A DNA stretch of 64,000 nucleotides, from the IMG/VR virus record IMGVR_UViG_3300032092_000023, positions 7,509 through 71,508 of that record. One strand, given 5' to 3'. Numbering within the stretch: the first letter of the stretch is position 1; every line of letters begins with the position of its first letter. The position numbers and the translations under genes were made by a program. The notes beneath the pieces are model-generated. The model made no database searches, was not told the origin of the DNA, and worked only from the letters and a program-made list of their open reading frames with translations. This document shows, one piece after another, positions 28,440 through 38,146 of this stretch. This stretch comes from a virus.

Positions 28440-28867
28440 TAGAACAATCGTTTAATTTTATGTTTGGTAAAAATTGCATACTTACCGTCAAGTTCCCGGA
28501 GAAGGGTTTCTTTATACGTAGGAGCAAGTTCTTGATACAAAACTTCATATGCAATGGTCATAAAGTCAGCAATACTAATAAATTTGTCAATAGCAGTTAT
28601 TTCTGCGCTTTCCGGTAAACGGGAATCAAAGTAATAAAAGATTTCAGCAACTTCACCTCTTGGAACCTTTTTGGGTTTGTGATATTCATCGTAGTACTTA
28701 GAAGCTACAAATATCTCGTAGATGTCTTGTTGCATTTTGCTTTCGTTGTATTCATCAAAAGCATCGGGTGAAGTAAACTCATCAACTATGTTAATCTTGC
28801 CAAAGACTTCGTATTCTAAGTCGCCTGAGTTAAACTTGTTGTTAAAAATTTTATCATCTTTCATCAT
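28439..28867 (-). CDS. Possible gp33-like late transcription co-activator
   Basis: C-terminal IDKFISIADFMTIAYEVLYQELAPTYKETLLREL resembles the gp33 YIDAI.......I..E.....I...LKEKL..E pattern; weak. Confidence 0.4.
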   Translation of the reverse strand: MMKDDKIFNNKFNSGDLEYEVFGKINIVDEFTSPDAFDEYNESKMQQDIYEIFVASKYYDEYHKPKKVPRGEVAEIFYYFDSRLPESAEITAIDKFISIADFMTIAYEVLYQELAPTYKETLLRELDGKYAIFTKHKIKRLF

Positions 28868-30165
28868 TCATTGATTATTGGTGAATCAGGGTCTTCAGTA
28901 ATTCGCATAAGATCATAATTGATCATAAACTTTTTCCTACTGTTTTTATACCCGTCGTCCCTGTTTGCGATGAGTTTTAATATGTACTCTCGATTTGCAT
29001 GCATGACTTCATCTTGTATGATACCAAACATGGCATCAACCGTATGTCCTAATGCAGCTGATTCCGAAATGTTATTTGCGGATAAATCGGTACTTCCAAA
29101 ACCAGAACGATTAACCTGTGTTGCTGTGATAATAGCCCAATCATTCCTCATTGCCATAGCACGTAGATCTTCGGCAATTTGTTTGATCTTCATGTAAGTA
29201 TTCTCTGTGTTGGGATTTCTCCAGTTCTTAAGAATGTTAACATAGTCAAGAACAATTACTTTAAACTTAAATCCTTTGAGCTCTTCCATCTTCTTTAGCC
29301 ATCCTTCAATATCGGGAACACCCGCGGCAGAAGTAGGGAATTCTTTAACATAAAGTTTTCCTGGTATCTGTAGAGAATCATATCCAATATCCGAAAGTTT
29401 CTTTTTCATAGAGACATCATCATCGGCAACACTGCCATATTCTTTCATGTTGATTCCCATTAAGTTGGCACCTAGACGTTTAACCACCTTGCGATCTCTC
29501 ATCTCTAATGAGATAACCGCGGTATTGTAACCCATCCGAACACTGTTTGCCGCAATGTTTGCCAGCCAAATTGACTTTCCAATTTTCATTTCCCCAATAA
29601 AACAGAAAAGTGCTTTTGAATAGAATCCTCCACCCAGAACAAGATCAATGTAAGAATACCCAGACGAAAAAGTATCGGTGGATAGCTGAGTATGCGATTG
29701 TGGATTAAAGAAGTCAAGGCCTTCATCAAAGCCAAACTGAATGTTATTCCTATCAGAAATAATAGACTTTGCTGTCTGTACAACTTCGCTAACATTTTCG
29801 GTGTTAATCTTGGTTGTCTTAAGATATGCAATTAGATCATAAACCGAAAGGTCAAGATTTTTATATTCAATCCAAGAGCGAGCTGATTCTTGTAGCCAAT
29901 CATTATCGTATTCTTTCAGATTGGTTTCGTATAATAGGTCTAGCTTATTACTACTGAGTTCTTCACCTAAACCTCTTTGTTTTGCAAGTTCCACCAATTG
30001 TGATTTTTTAGGTGGAGACCCGTATTTTTGAATGAATTCAAGTGAAAGCTCATAAGACTTTTTAATGTCTTCTGACTCAAAGAACCGCGGCTTGACTATG
30101 TTAGTCAGTTCTCGGTTATCCATTAAGTAGTGATAGAATATTTTTTCTAAGTGCGTGCTGACCAT
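28864..30165 (-). CDS. gp41: Replicative DnaB-like helicase
   Basis: GEMKIGKS Walker A, ISLEM, VKEFPT, VLDYVN, TATQVNRSG, ISESAAL...D. Confidence 0.95.
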   Translation of the reverse strand: MVSTHLEKIFYHYLMDNRELTNIVKPRFFESEDIKKSYELSLEFIQKYGSPPKKSQLVELAKQRGLGEELSSNKLDLLYETNLKEYDNDWLQESARSWIEYKNLDLSVYDLIAYLKTTKINTENVSEVVQTAKSIISDRNNIQFGFDEGLDFFNPQSHTQLSTDTFSSGYSYIDLVLGGGFYSKALFCFIGEMKIGKSIWLANIAANSVRMGYNTAVISLEMRDRKVVKRLGANLMGINMKEYGSVADDDVSMKKKLSDIGYDSLQIPGKLYVKEFPTSAAGVPDIEGWLKKMEELKGFKFKVIVLDYVNILKNWRNPNTENTYMKIKQIAEDLRAMAMRNDWAIITATQVNRSGFGSTDLSANNISESAALGHTVDAMFGIIQDEVMHANREYILKLIANRDDGYKNSRKKFMINYDLMRITEDPDSPIINE

Positions 30166-30198
30166 ATAGTTATTTTATACAAAAATGAGAAATTAGTT

Positions 30199-30516
30199 TC
30201 ACATCCATTCATGTGATTCTAAACGGTAGGAATTTGCGGAAGTCTTATTACCTTTAAGGTAAAAACTTTTTATGTCGGATAGATCATCTGGATGGAATAA
30301 GTACTCAAGGAATCCACGAAGGTCTTCAAGAGTACCTAAACAGGTTTTCATCCCAGGCCAAACGTTTTCTGCTGTAAAATCTTTTTCCAACAGGTCTCTG
30401 TCTTGCAGCGTCCGTAACAGGACATACTGCAAGTCAGAGTGGCTGGGATAACCTGGTACCTCTTGATAGATGTCAAGATAGTACTTAACAGGAAGTTTCT
30501 TGGTATTAATCCTCAT
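30199..30516 (-). CDS. Hypothetical protein
   Basis: 105 aa, overlaps the uvsX stop. Confidence 0.6.
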   Translation of the reverse strand: MRINTKKLPVKYYLDIYQEVPGYPSHSDLQYVLLRTLQDRDLLEKDFTAENVWPGMKTCLGTLEDLRGFLEYLFHPDDLSDIKSFYLKGNKTSANSYRLESHEWM

Positions 30517-31765
30517 TTCCTGTTACGTCTTCGTCAAGTTCAAGATCATCGGCAATTTCGCTTAAATCATCCATAGAAGTTATGTTAGGTAACATAAAGG
30601 TTTTCTTAATGACCTTTTCATCGATTTCTCGAAGAACATCTTCGGTAATTACTTTTGAAGTAAACAGTTCTGCAGGTTTAACAGTAGCACCTAAATGTCT
30701 AACTGCTAAAGATTTTGCCGTAGGCTTATCTTCAAAGTAAAGGAATGTTTGTTCGCCAGCTTCTTCTCTATGAACAAATCGGTTCTTTATCATGCCTTCG
30801 CGTTTTTCGCTGCCTTCAGGATACCATTTATCAAATTCTTTTTGATTAAGTAATTTCCCTCTCTGGATTCCGCAGGTTTCCCAGTTAATGTATTGTTCTA
30901 ACCCAACATACGGATTCATACCTCGGTAAAAGCTAATATGAAACTTGATAGTAAGTGGACGAGCGAAACGATTCTTAGCAGGTTTCGAAGTAACCACGAT
31001 TCCGGTTTTCATAGCAAATCCGTTAGAGCCAACTTCGCCTTCTTTCAATCCTGCCTTTGATAGCTGAACAATAATAGATGCGTTGTAAATTGCTCCTCCG
31101 CCACCAGATATGGTTTGTCCAGGAATGAATGAACCAATACTTGCATACGTATGGTTAGTAAAAATGAAAGGAATCTTAAATTCAGCAAGATCCGTGGTAA
31201 TCACTCGGAAGAGAGAACGAAGATCTTGTTGTTTTGTCATATCTTTCTTTTCACTACCTGATGCTGCGTCAGCGCGTTCTTTGGTTGTTGCTAGGTTTCC
31301 TAAAGAATCTAAGACTAACATAATCTTAGGAACTTCAGCACCTTTTGCGCGTGCTGTTTTTAGCTGATCACAGAGGTTAGAGACAAAGTGTCGAACTTCC
31401 AAAGAAGTACCTACTGGTTGGTAACGAACCCGGTCAGGATCAATCCCAAAGTTCTTCATGGTAGTTTCGTCAACCGCAGCTTCTGAATCACAATAGATAA
31501 TATAGTAGCCCATCTTTTGTGCTTCTCGACAAGCATTCAGAGTCAAGAATGTTTTCCCAGTTCCCGATTCTCCTGCAAAGCAAATAGATCGGCTGTTAGG
31601 TATACCTCCAAAGAGTGATCCTGTTAACTGTGCGTTAAACATGTAATTCCCCGTAGGGATGTACTCATCGACTTTGGAAAAGGTATTAGATGTAATAATT
31701 GATCCCTTTGGATTGATCTTAGTCAACGCAGCATCGAGATCATTAAATGAAAATTGTTTTGCCAT
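30506..31765 (-). CDS. uvsX: RecA-like recombinase (likely start MAKQF)
   Basis: GS.FGGIP, AGESGTGKT, DSEAA, LDSLGNL, TNHTY, GGGG..Y.AS, KNRF. Confidence 0.95.
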   Translation of the reverse strand: MAKQFSFNDLDAALTKINPKGSIITSNTFSKVDEYIPTGNYMFNAQLTGSLFGGIPNSRSICFAGESGTGKTFLTLNACREAQKMGYYIIYCDSEAAVDETTMKNFGIDPDRVRYQPVGTSLEVRHFVSNLCDQLKTARAKGAEVPKIMLVLDSLGNLATTKERADAASGSEKKDMTKQQDLRSLFRVITTDLAEFKIPFIFTNHTYASIGSFIPGQTISGGGGAIYNASIIVQLSKAGLKEGEVGSNGFAMKTGIVVTSKPAKNRFARPLTIKFHISFYRGMNPYVGLEQYINWETCGIQRGKLLNQKEFDKWYPEGSEKREGMIKNRFVHREEAGEQTFLYFEDKPTAKSLAVRHLGATVKPAELFTSKVITEDVLREIDEKVIKKTFMLPNITSMDDLSEIADDLELDEDVTGNED

Positions 31766-31781
31766 TTTCTTATTGGTGTTT

Positions 31782-31901
31782 TTAGTTGTTTCTGCAATGG
31801 AAACTGCAGTAGCGTCTTCTTCTAACCATGAAGACATTGGTCCGATTTTTTTTATCATATGAATCAGAGTCATCCGTCCATGATGATCCAAACATTGCCA
31901 T
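31782..31901 (-). CDS. Possible 39-aa small ORF between polB and uvsX
   Basis: ATG at 31901 right after the polB stop: MAMFGSSWTDDSDSYDKKNRTNVFMVRRRRYCSFHCRNN*. Confidence 0.35.
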   Translation of the reverse strand: MAMFGSSWTDDSDSYDKKNRTNVFMVRRRRYCSFHCRNN

Positions 31902-31902
31902 A

Positions 31903-33081
31903 TTAAAAAAGTTGAGTTCTAACTATTAGTTCAGGCGGAAGAGGAGGAAGGCCTGTTGCAGCAATAAAACGATTAATAGGATCAATGATACATTTTGCAA
32001 ATTGCGTATCATAATCAACAGGCGGCGCAAACTCAGATGGAAAGTTTCCTGGAAGGTATGCAAAAACATTCTGCCCACCTTCTTCTTGTCTTGCATAATA
32101 GTACCTTACCTTATCACCGCTTTTAATTAATTGATATTTTGACTTCCACTTTGAATTGTTTAAGGTATAATTATAGTAACCTGCTGCGCGAACATGCATA
32201 GGGCAGTGTTCATTAATCACAAACTTTTTTCTATCTTCGCCTATACCTTTTTCATAATCGCTAATACTTGATGACATTGAAACGTTTTCCACATTGTCAA
32301 GCATAAACGATTCTTTCTCTTTCTTTAAGAGGTCAGCAAACTTTCGCATGTTAAGCTTACCTCTTTCTTGGAAGATTATTTTTAGGAGTTCCATCAGTTT
32401 CTTTCGAGCAAATGCAGGAGTGGAAGACTGTACAATTTCCACTCCTTTTGCATCAATTTTTTTCTGCGGCTCGTAATATGTTCCTCCACCAGCACCTGAT
32501 TTCCAGGCTTTATCCATCACATACTTTTTCTTTTTCAAAAAGATAGCACTGTGCGATATGGTTTCCATCTCCAGATCTTGAATGTTTTCTGTCCCAGCTT
32601 GGTTTGCCATTGCTGTAAAGTTTTTATCCAAGTAATCCTTTAAGCGATGTTCATATATCAAATGGATAAGTTTTCTCGGATCTTCTGTCCAGTCGGTTCC
32701 TTTGACGACGTCTTGGAAAGATACATAGCAAGAATCGGTATCTCCGTAAACCGCAACCTCATCTTTGATTTTAGTGGCTTTGGTTATTCCAATTTTTTCG
32801 TGAAGCTGTGTGTCACGATACCAAAAATCTGTGAAGTAGCGATTAATGATCTTGCTTACATACTTAATCATTTCTTGCCCTTGCAAGGTAATGGCTTCTG
32901 CAACACGAACATTGTAACCTACGAAATACGGAGACGCAGTAGCACCGTAGACCGAGTTGATGAAAATTTTGATAGCCTGCTCCTCATTCTTTTTCAGATT
33001 CATCAACCAGGTCAGTCGATTGATCTCCGCAACGATTTCTTCTTTGCTTGCTGTATTTGGATCAATCTTACAGTACTTCAT
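31903..33081 (-). CDS. gp43B: Family B DNA polymerase, C-terminal half (fingers-palm-thumb)
   Basis: KIFINSVYG (motif B), AEAITLQGQ, YGDTDS (motif C), KKKY, KGVE...SSTP; no exonuclease domain or motif A. Confidence 0.93.
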   Translation of the reverse strand: MKYCKIDPNTASKEEIVAEINRLTWLMNLKKNEEQAIKIFINSVYGATASPYFVGYNVRVAEAITLQGQEMIKYVSKIINRYFTDFWYRDTQLHEKIGITKATKIKDEVAVYGDTDSCYVSFQDVVKGTDWTEDPRKLIHLIYEHRLKDYLDKNFTAMANQAGTENIQDLEMETISHSAIFLKKKKYVMDKAWKSGAGGGTYYEPQKKIDAKGVEIVQSSTPAFARKKLMELLKIIFQERGKLNMRKFADLLKKEKESFMLDNVENVSMSSSISDYEKGIGEDRKKFVINEHCPMHVRAAGYYNYTLNNSKWKSKYQLIKSGDKVRYYYARQEEGGQNVFAYLPGNFPSEFAPPVDYDTQFAKCIIDPINRFIAATGLPPLPPELIVRTQLF

Positions 33082-33851
33082 TAATCAGCTTTTCCGATTA
33101 TCATCTTGGTATCAGTCTCAATTGAATGGAAGATCAAACGATCTTGATTCATATAGACCATTGTATCTTCTTTATCGATGTAAGCAAATTGCGATTTGTA
33201 AACTGAAACGTTTACATCCGCTGATGCATTACCTACACTAAGAAGAGAAAGATCATAGCTCTTACCGCTAGCTTTTACTTGACCCTCTTTAACGCTGATG
33301 GTTAAAAGTTTTTGATCTGAATCAATTCCAGTTAGTGAATTAATTCGGCCTTGTAATTCTTTGGTTAAAACAAAGTTTACTTCAGAAGTACCAGTGTCGG
33401 CAATACGATCCATCATTTCATCTGTGATATGGGTGAAGAGACGTAAAGATGCACACTGAAAGTTAATCTTTAACGATTCATTGCGAAGGATGAGGTCAGT
33501 ACCTACAGTTCCTTCAGACGTATTTTCCATCTGAATGATAAAATCAAGAGCGTATCCTTCAAAGTGTGAGAACGACTTAATCAATTTATCAACCGAGTAT
33601 ACACCAAAGATGATGTTGCTCATTTCCGTTGCATCCGGGTCAATGTTAAAGACACGATTAATTTCGATCTTTGAAGACTTAACCACACTTCTTTCAGGTG
33701 TATGAGTTTTTGCTTTCAGATAACCGTCAGACATTTCTATTAGTAGACTACCAGAGATCGATGAGAATCGCTTTAAGAAGTTAACAAACTCAGCAGCATC
33801 GGACATCTGCAGAACCATTTGTTTTTGTTTTGTCATTTCTAATGTTTCCAT
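33081..33851 (-). CDS. gp45: Sliding clamp (gp45-like)
   Basis: LKRFSSIS.S, FGVYS...L; 256 aa; adjacent to the polymerase gene. Confidence 0.7.
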   Translation of the reverse strand: METLEMTKQKQMVLQMSDAAEFVNFLKRFSSISGSLLIEMSDGYLKAKTHTPERSVVKSSKIEINRVFNIDPDATEMSNIIFGVYSVDKLIKSFSHFEGYALDFIIQMENTSEGTVGTDLILRNESLKINFQCASLRLFTHITDEMMDRIADTGTSEVNFVLTKELQGRINSLTGIDSDQKLLTISVKEGQVKASGKSYDLSLLSVGNASADVNVSVYKSQFAYIDKEDTMVYMNQDRLIFHSIETDTKMIIGKAD

Positions 33852-33898
33852 TTTTAATTGATTTGTTTTTGTTTATATTAAGTTTGAGAATAAAAGTT

Positions 33899-34567
33899 CT
33901 AAATTATTTGATCAGCTAAACCATGTTTAACGCAGGTCTTTGCATTCCACCAAATGTCTCGTGATAAGATTTTGTCAATTTCTTTTTTTGGTAGCTTTGT
34001 CTTTTCACCGTACCAATCCTTAATTGTCTTCATGATAGTTGTGTTACTATTATGATCATCAGTAAGATCGGTATATGCACCCCATGTTCCAGCTCTTAGC
34101 TCATGAACCAACATAAATGCGTTTTTGCGAATAAGTCTGCGTGTTGCTGCAATTGACATAAAGGTTGCACCTGATGCAGCACATCCTTCAACAATGGTTA
34201 TGATTGGCACAATCTGGCTGATTCTTTCAATAGTATCCGCAACAGCAAAAGAAGAGAATACTTCTCCGCCGTATGAATTGATGTGTAACCAAATAGGTGC
34301 AGGTGTTCCTACTTCTTGCATTGAACTAAATGCGGTAGGAGCAAGTCTCATTGATAAGTCCTGTAAAGAACGGTTAAGGCTCATTGCTGATGATGGCGTA
34401 ATTGGCGAATAAAACCAGATATGATCACCGAGAACGGTAATGCCTTGCTCCCCTGATTCTTCCCCATCATCACTGTGCTTCCCTCTAACGGGAGGTACTG
34501 TCATAGACAATAATCCTGGATTAGTTGTCTGATTAATTGTCGTTTTCGGTTTCGTGTTCTTCTTCAT
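33899..34567 (-). CDS. clpP: ClpP-family protease (start uncertain)
   Basis: IWLHINSYGGEV, GCAASGAT (Ser), MLVHE (His), RDIWW.A..C...GLAD. Confidence 0.88.
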   Translation of the reverse strand: MKKNTKPKTTINQTTNPGLLSMTVPPVRGKHSDDGEESGEQGITVLGDHIWFYSPITPSSAMSLNRSLQDLSMRLAPTAFSSMQEVGTPAPIWLHINSYGGEVFSSFAVADTIERISQIVPIITIVEGCAASGATFMSIAATRRLIRKNAFMLVHELRAGTWGAYTDLTDDHNSNTTIMKTIKDWYGEKTKLPKKEIDKILSRDIWWNAKTCVKHGLADQII

Positions 34568-35960
34568 GTTTATTGTTATTGGTGCTATTGGTGAAAACTT
34601 CAATTCCGTCAATTTCTTCTTCATCGGAAAATAAGTCGGTTATACTATTACTGCGATTTTGTGTTGCTCTTTTTAATGCGGTATCTTCCATTGAGTCAAA
34701 TACTCGTCTTGCTTCTGTTAATTCAATTTCTTGGCGGGCAACCTCAACTTTAAGTTCAGCAATCTTTTTTCTTGTTCTATCAAGTTCTTCTTCGGAAAGT
34801 GAGCGTAAGAGAATTGCGTCAAGTCTTCGTTGAACCTGTTCGTATCCTTTTGTTAAATCTTTCAAGAAGACGCTTATCTCTTCATCAGTTCGCATGCGCT
34901 TACCTTTTGTTTCCAACATGAAAAGAAGATACTTTTCTTTAAACATTTGGAATAAGAGCTCTTCATCATTAACACGCTTAAAGTAATCTAGCTTACGAAC
35001 TTGTAAATCAGCTAAGCGATAGCGGTAATCATTAACATAATCTTCAATACGGTCGTATTCTATAACAAGGCCGTCTTTAATAAAGACAGGTGTTTCTGTA
35101 ACCAAGATCTTATTTGAGCGATCTACCTGCATGACAAACGACTGCCATTCTTCTAATGATCCGCGGAATCTTAAAAGAAGATCTATGTTGGTAGAAGAAT
35201 TGTTGGTTAAAGAAACGTTAGCATAATTTGACATTACGCTATCCAGCTTTCTGAGAAAGCTGCCGTACTTCATAAGAGGAGGTATCTCTGTAATATGGAT
35301 TGTACGCTCAGAATCGTTAACCTTCACAACCCCTTCAATTAGCCAAGTCTTATCCATTCCTTTGTACCGTGTGATCTTGCCGGTAAACCCGCGAAATTTG
35401 GGATGTACTTCTTTAATCTTTCCGTTAAGAAACTTCTGAATGTCATCGAGACTTCTTGGCAAAACTGTCGTCTTGTAACCTACGGCAATACCCACAATAG
35501 TATTTGTTAGTCCGATGGGAAGGTCAACCCATAGAGGATTCCATGAGCCTTCTTCATTTTTCTCATTTAAGAAATTGTTCTTGCGAATGATTTCCGCAAT
35601 TTTTGGATTGATCTTGATTGATGTGTAACGAGCAGCAGATGCTTCGTGATTGATTGGCGTACCAAAAAAACCATCGCCTAATAGTAATTGATCGCTGTTA
35701 CCAAATGGTCTTGCCAACTTATTGATTGCTCCGGTTAGCGATTTATCACCGTGATGATAACCGTCGCTGATACAAGAACCTACAAGAGAAATTGTTTTAT
35801 TGTAATTCGTTGGAGCGTTTATCATAATGAAACGCTGAACATTAGTCAGACCATCATAAAAGGACGGAATCCCACGGTTCTCTAAAACATAGAGAGCGTA
35901 GTTTCGGAAGTTCGTATCGATCTGCCGAGAGATGTTAAGAGGATAAGATTTATGTTTCAA
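34533..35960 (-). CDS. gp52: Type II topoisomerase, GyrA/gp52-like subunit (TTG start inferred)
   Basis: ENRGIPS..DGL..VQR, YHHGD.SL, G.FG, AARYT catalytic Tyr, GIAVGY.T; a promoter motif covers the GTG start used by the track. Confidence 0.93.
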   Translation of the reverse strand: MKHKSYPLNISRQIDTNFRNYALYVLENRGIPSFYDGLTNVQRFIMINAPTNYNKTISLVGSCISDGYHHGDKSLTGAINKLARPFGNSDQLLLGDGFFGTPINHEASAARYTSIKINPKIAEIIRKNNFLNEKNEEGSWNPLWVDLPIGLTNTIVGIAVGYKTTVLPRSLDDIQKFLNGKIKEVHPKFRGFTGKITRYKGMDKTWLIEGVVKVNDSERTIHITEIPPLMKYGSFLRKLDSVMSNYANVSLTNNSSTNIDLLLRFRGSLEEWQSFVMQVDRSNKILVTETPVFIKDGLVIEYDRIEDYVNDYRYRLADLQVRKLDYFKRVNDEELLFQMFKEKYLLFMLETKGKRMRTDEEISVFLKDLTKGYEQVQRRLDAILLRSLSEEELDRTRKKIAELKVEVARQEIELTEARRVFDSMEDTALKRATQNRSNSITDLFSDEEEIDGIEVFTNSTNNNKHEEEHETENDN

Positions 35961-36007
35961 GATTCTCAGATTATTTGTGTTTATATACACAAAGTAATCG
36001 CGAGTTC

Positions 36008-36877
36008 TTAAAGCCTGATTAGGCTATTCTGCCAGATGATATCGGCAATTTTCTTCGATATTAAAGTATCGGATGGATAGTGAATTCCCGTAAGTTCTCG
36101 ACTCTCTGCTATTCTTTGTCCTAGCGCTTTAATGTCGGATGCAGCATCGGGATACTTTCTTGCATAGTGTTCACTCATAACATACGCGGTTAACGCGTGA
36201 CCACTAGGATACGCAGCTGACATTGCATCAGTACGTATTAAGGGATAAAGAGGGTAGTTATAGTACTTTGCAAGTTGATAGGGGCGAGGACGATTGATGA
36301 CATCTTTCAGAAAATGTAAAAGTCCTTCTGTCTGCTGATCTACTCTAAAGAAACTTCCCATGTCTTCTTTATGACCCTTTTCATCTAATAGATCAATGAA
36401 GGTTTGCGCAAGATTGCTAACATCATCAACATGACGAGCAAATGTAATTTCTTCTGCGGTTGCCTTTGCGGTTCTGTCTACCAAATACTCCAGATCTTTT
36501 TTTGTTGTGATGCTGTCATTAACCGGGCTTTCTTCTTTGATCTTTTCGCATAGTCCTTTCTGCACAAACCAATCTTTAATATAATCGTCGGGCCGCTCCA
36601 TAATTTCAATGTATTCACGAGGAGGATTACCGTAATTTACTTGATTGATGTCAAGACTAGAATCTAAAACACTCACCTGTGCTTCGTAAAGGTCCGTCTT
36701 CTTTTTCTTCCCTTTGTCAGGACCGCCTTCATGAGGTATCATTCCTTGGGCAATAAGAGAAGTCTTTACGCCAAAAGGAATGTCTTTGCCTTCTTCATAC
36801 TCTGCCTTGTACTTTTGCAGAGTTTCTTCTTTGTAAGGAGACTTTTTCTCACTGATGAAATCTTTATAGTTTTTCAT
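36008..36877 (-). CDS. PAP2/acid phosphatase family protein with capsid-targeting-like leader
   Basis: K....RPRPYQ, YPSGHA, SR...GIHYPSD; N-terminus MKNYKDFISE. Confidence 0.85.
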   Translation of the reverse strand: MKNYKDFISEKKSPYKEETLQKYKAEYEEGKDIPFGVKTSLIAQGMIPHEGGPDKGKKKKTDLYEAQVSVLDSSLDINQVNYGNPPREYIEIMERPDDYIKDWFVQKGLCEKIKEESPVNDSITTKKDLEYLVDRTAKATAEEITFARHVDDVSNLAQTFIDLLDEKGHKEDMGSFFRVDQQTEGLLHFLKDVINRPRPYQLAKYYNYPLYPLIRTDAMSAAYPSGHALTAYVMSEHYARKYPDAASDIKALGQRIAESRELTGIHYPSDTLISKKIADIIWQNSLIRL

Positions 36878-36888
36878 TTAGCTTTATG

Positions 36889-37293
36889 TTATTGTTCATT
36901 ATTGTGTTTGCATTTGTGGCACATGTAAGGATCATTTCCACCGGTAACAATATCCCATTGCCACCCACAGCCATCACAAGTAATAACACCATCTTTAATA
37001 CTTTCCATTAAATCCTTTCGTCCAAGTTGTTTGTAAACTTCTTGTCGAACCTTTTCCATTTTATCAGCGTACTCCGGATCTTCTTTTCGATTAAAAACAA
37101 TTTGTTGAGTAATGCTACCGCTAATCTTTTTCACATCTTTATTGCGTGTTTTAATAAGCCACGCAGCTAAGTCTTTAATTCCTAAATCACGGAAACGTCC
37201 TTCAGCATCTGGAGCGTCGCTATCTTTCCAATCAGGAGCACCTGCAGGTTTCTTTTCAATTAGCCAGTCTTCAAATAGTTTAAGATGTTTCAT
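36889..37293 (-). CDS. Leader-bearing hypothetical with C-terminal zinc ribbon
   Basis: MKHLKLFEDWLIE; CDGC...CHKC. Confidence 0.7.
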   Translation of the reverse strand: MKHLKLFEDWLIEKKPAGAPDWKDSDAPDAEGRFRDLGIKDLAAWLIKTRNKDVKKISGSITQQIVFNRKEDPEYADKMEKVRQEVYKQLGRKDLMESIKDGVITCDGCGWQWDIVTGGNDPYMCHKCKHNNEQ

Positions 37294-37309
37294 AATTTGC
37301 AAACTTTAA

Positions 37310-37564
37310 TTATGGCATAGACATATACTCATTGCACATCTTCTCAACAACTTTCATCATTTCTTTAAGCTTTTCGTTGCATTCAGCTTTGTAACTTTCT
37401 GCAGTTTTTTCTGTTTCGTCTTCGTGACAAGCTTTCATTTCTTCACACATAGCTTCACACATTTCATTACATTTTTCCATCATGGCTTCTGACATGCATC
37501 CGCCTTCTGACATAGTAGATTCGTGCATACTTGTAAATTCCTGGAATGATTTAAAGTTTTTCAT
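37310..37564 (-). CDS. Leader-bearing Met/Cys/Glu-rich small protein
   Basis: MKNFKSFQEF; 14 Met and 7 Cys in 84 aa. Confidence 0.7.
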   Translation of the reverse strand: MKNFKSFQEFTSMHESTMSEGGCMSEAMMEKCNEMCEAMCEEMKACHEDETEKTAESYKAECNEKLKEMMKVVEKMCNEYMSMP

Positions 37565-37585
37565 GGTTTCTTGTTTTTTATTAGT

Positions 37586-38146
37586 TTATAGTTTTGAGTC
37601 GTGACCTCCGTCTCTTACTTCTTTGGCAAGATCTTTATCAGCCTTGCCCCATGTGCCTTTACCTTTGGTTAAAAAGCTATTTACTCTAGCATACGCCCAT
37701 TGTGCTTGTGGAATACCTGGACGGTGCCCACTTTTCCAAGCAGCCATTCCGCGTCTCATTACAGCTCTAAGAATTCCTATAGGAACACCTGTCTCTTCTT
37801 GTTTATTCTTAAGCCCAGCTTCCAGCTTTTCATCATCAATAGGTGTACGGTCGGTCGACTGCTTATCTTCATCATCAGCTTCAAACAGAGATAGCTCATC
37901 TGCAGCTTCCCACATAAAGTTTTCATCTTTGCTAAACTTATCATGGTAAGTATTGGTATGCTTTGACTGTTTTTGCATTGACTTTCCTTTAGTGTCTCCT
38001 GGCATTTCTTTGTATGCTTCAGGATCATCATCAGCCATTGCAGCTTGATCTTTCATCTGTGCTTTTTTCTTAGCCGCAGTTGACTTACTAATTCCTTTGA
38101 AGTAGTCTTCACTTAAAAAGCTTTCAAATGTGTGTAGATGTTTCAT
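37586..38146 (-). CDS. Leader-bearing protein with DUF5824-like C-terminal domain
   Basis: MKHLHTFESFLSE; L..V.RRG.AAWK.GHRPG....QWA.ARVNSF. Confidence 0.7.
   Translation of the reverse strand: MKHLHTFESFLSEDYFKGISKSTAAKKKAQMKDQAAMADDDPEAYKEMPGDTKGKSMQKQSKHTNTYHDKFSKDENFMWEAADELSLFEADDEDKQSTDRTPIDDEKLEAGLKNKQEETGVPIGILRAVMRRGMAAWKSGHRPGIPQAQWAYARVNSFLTKGKGTWGKADKDLAKEVRDGGHDSKL

Noticed and set aside
31766-31891. Track-assigned upstream starts (uvsX 31891, topo A 35990, 45019, 58304, 49470, 34624)
   Set aside because: These are longest-ORF artefacts; downstream starts fit the motifs, leaders or promoter positions better.
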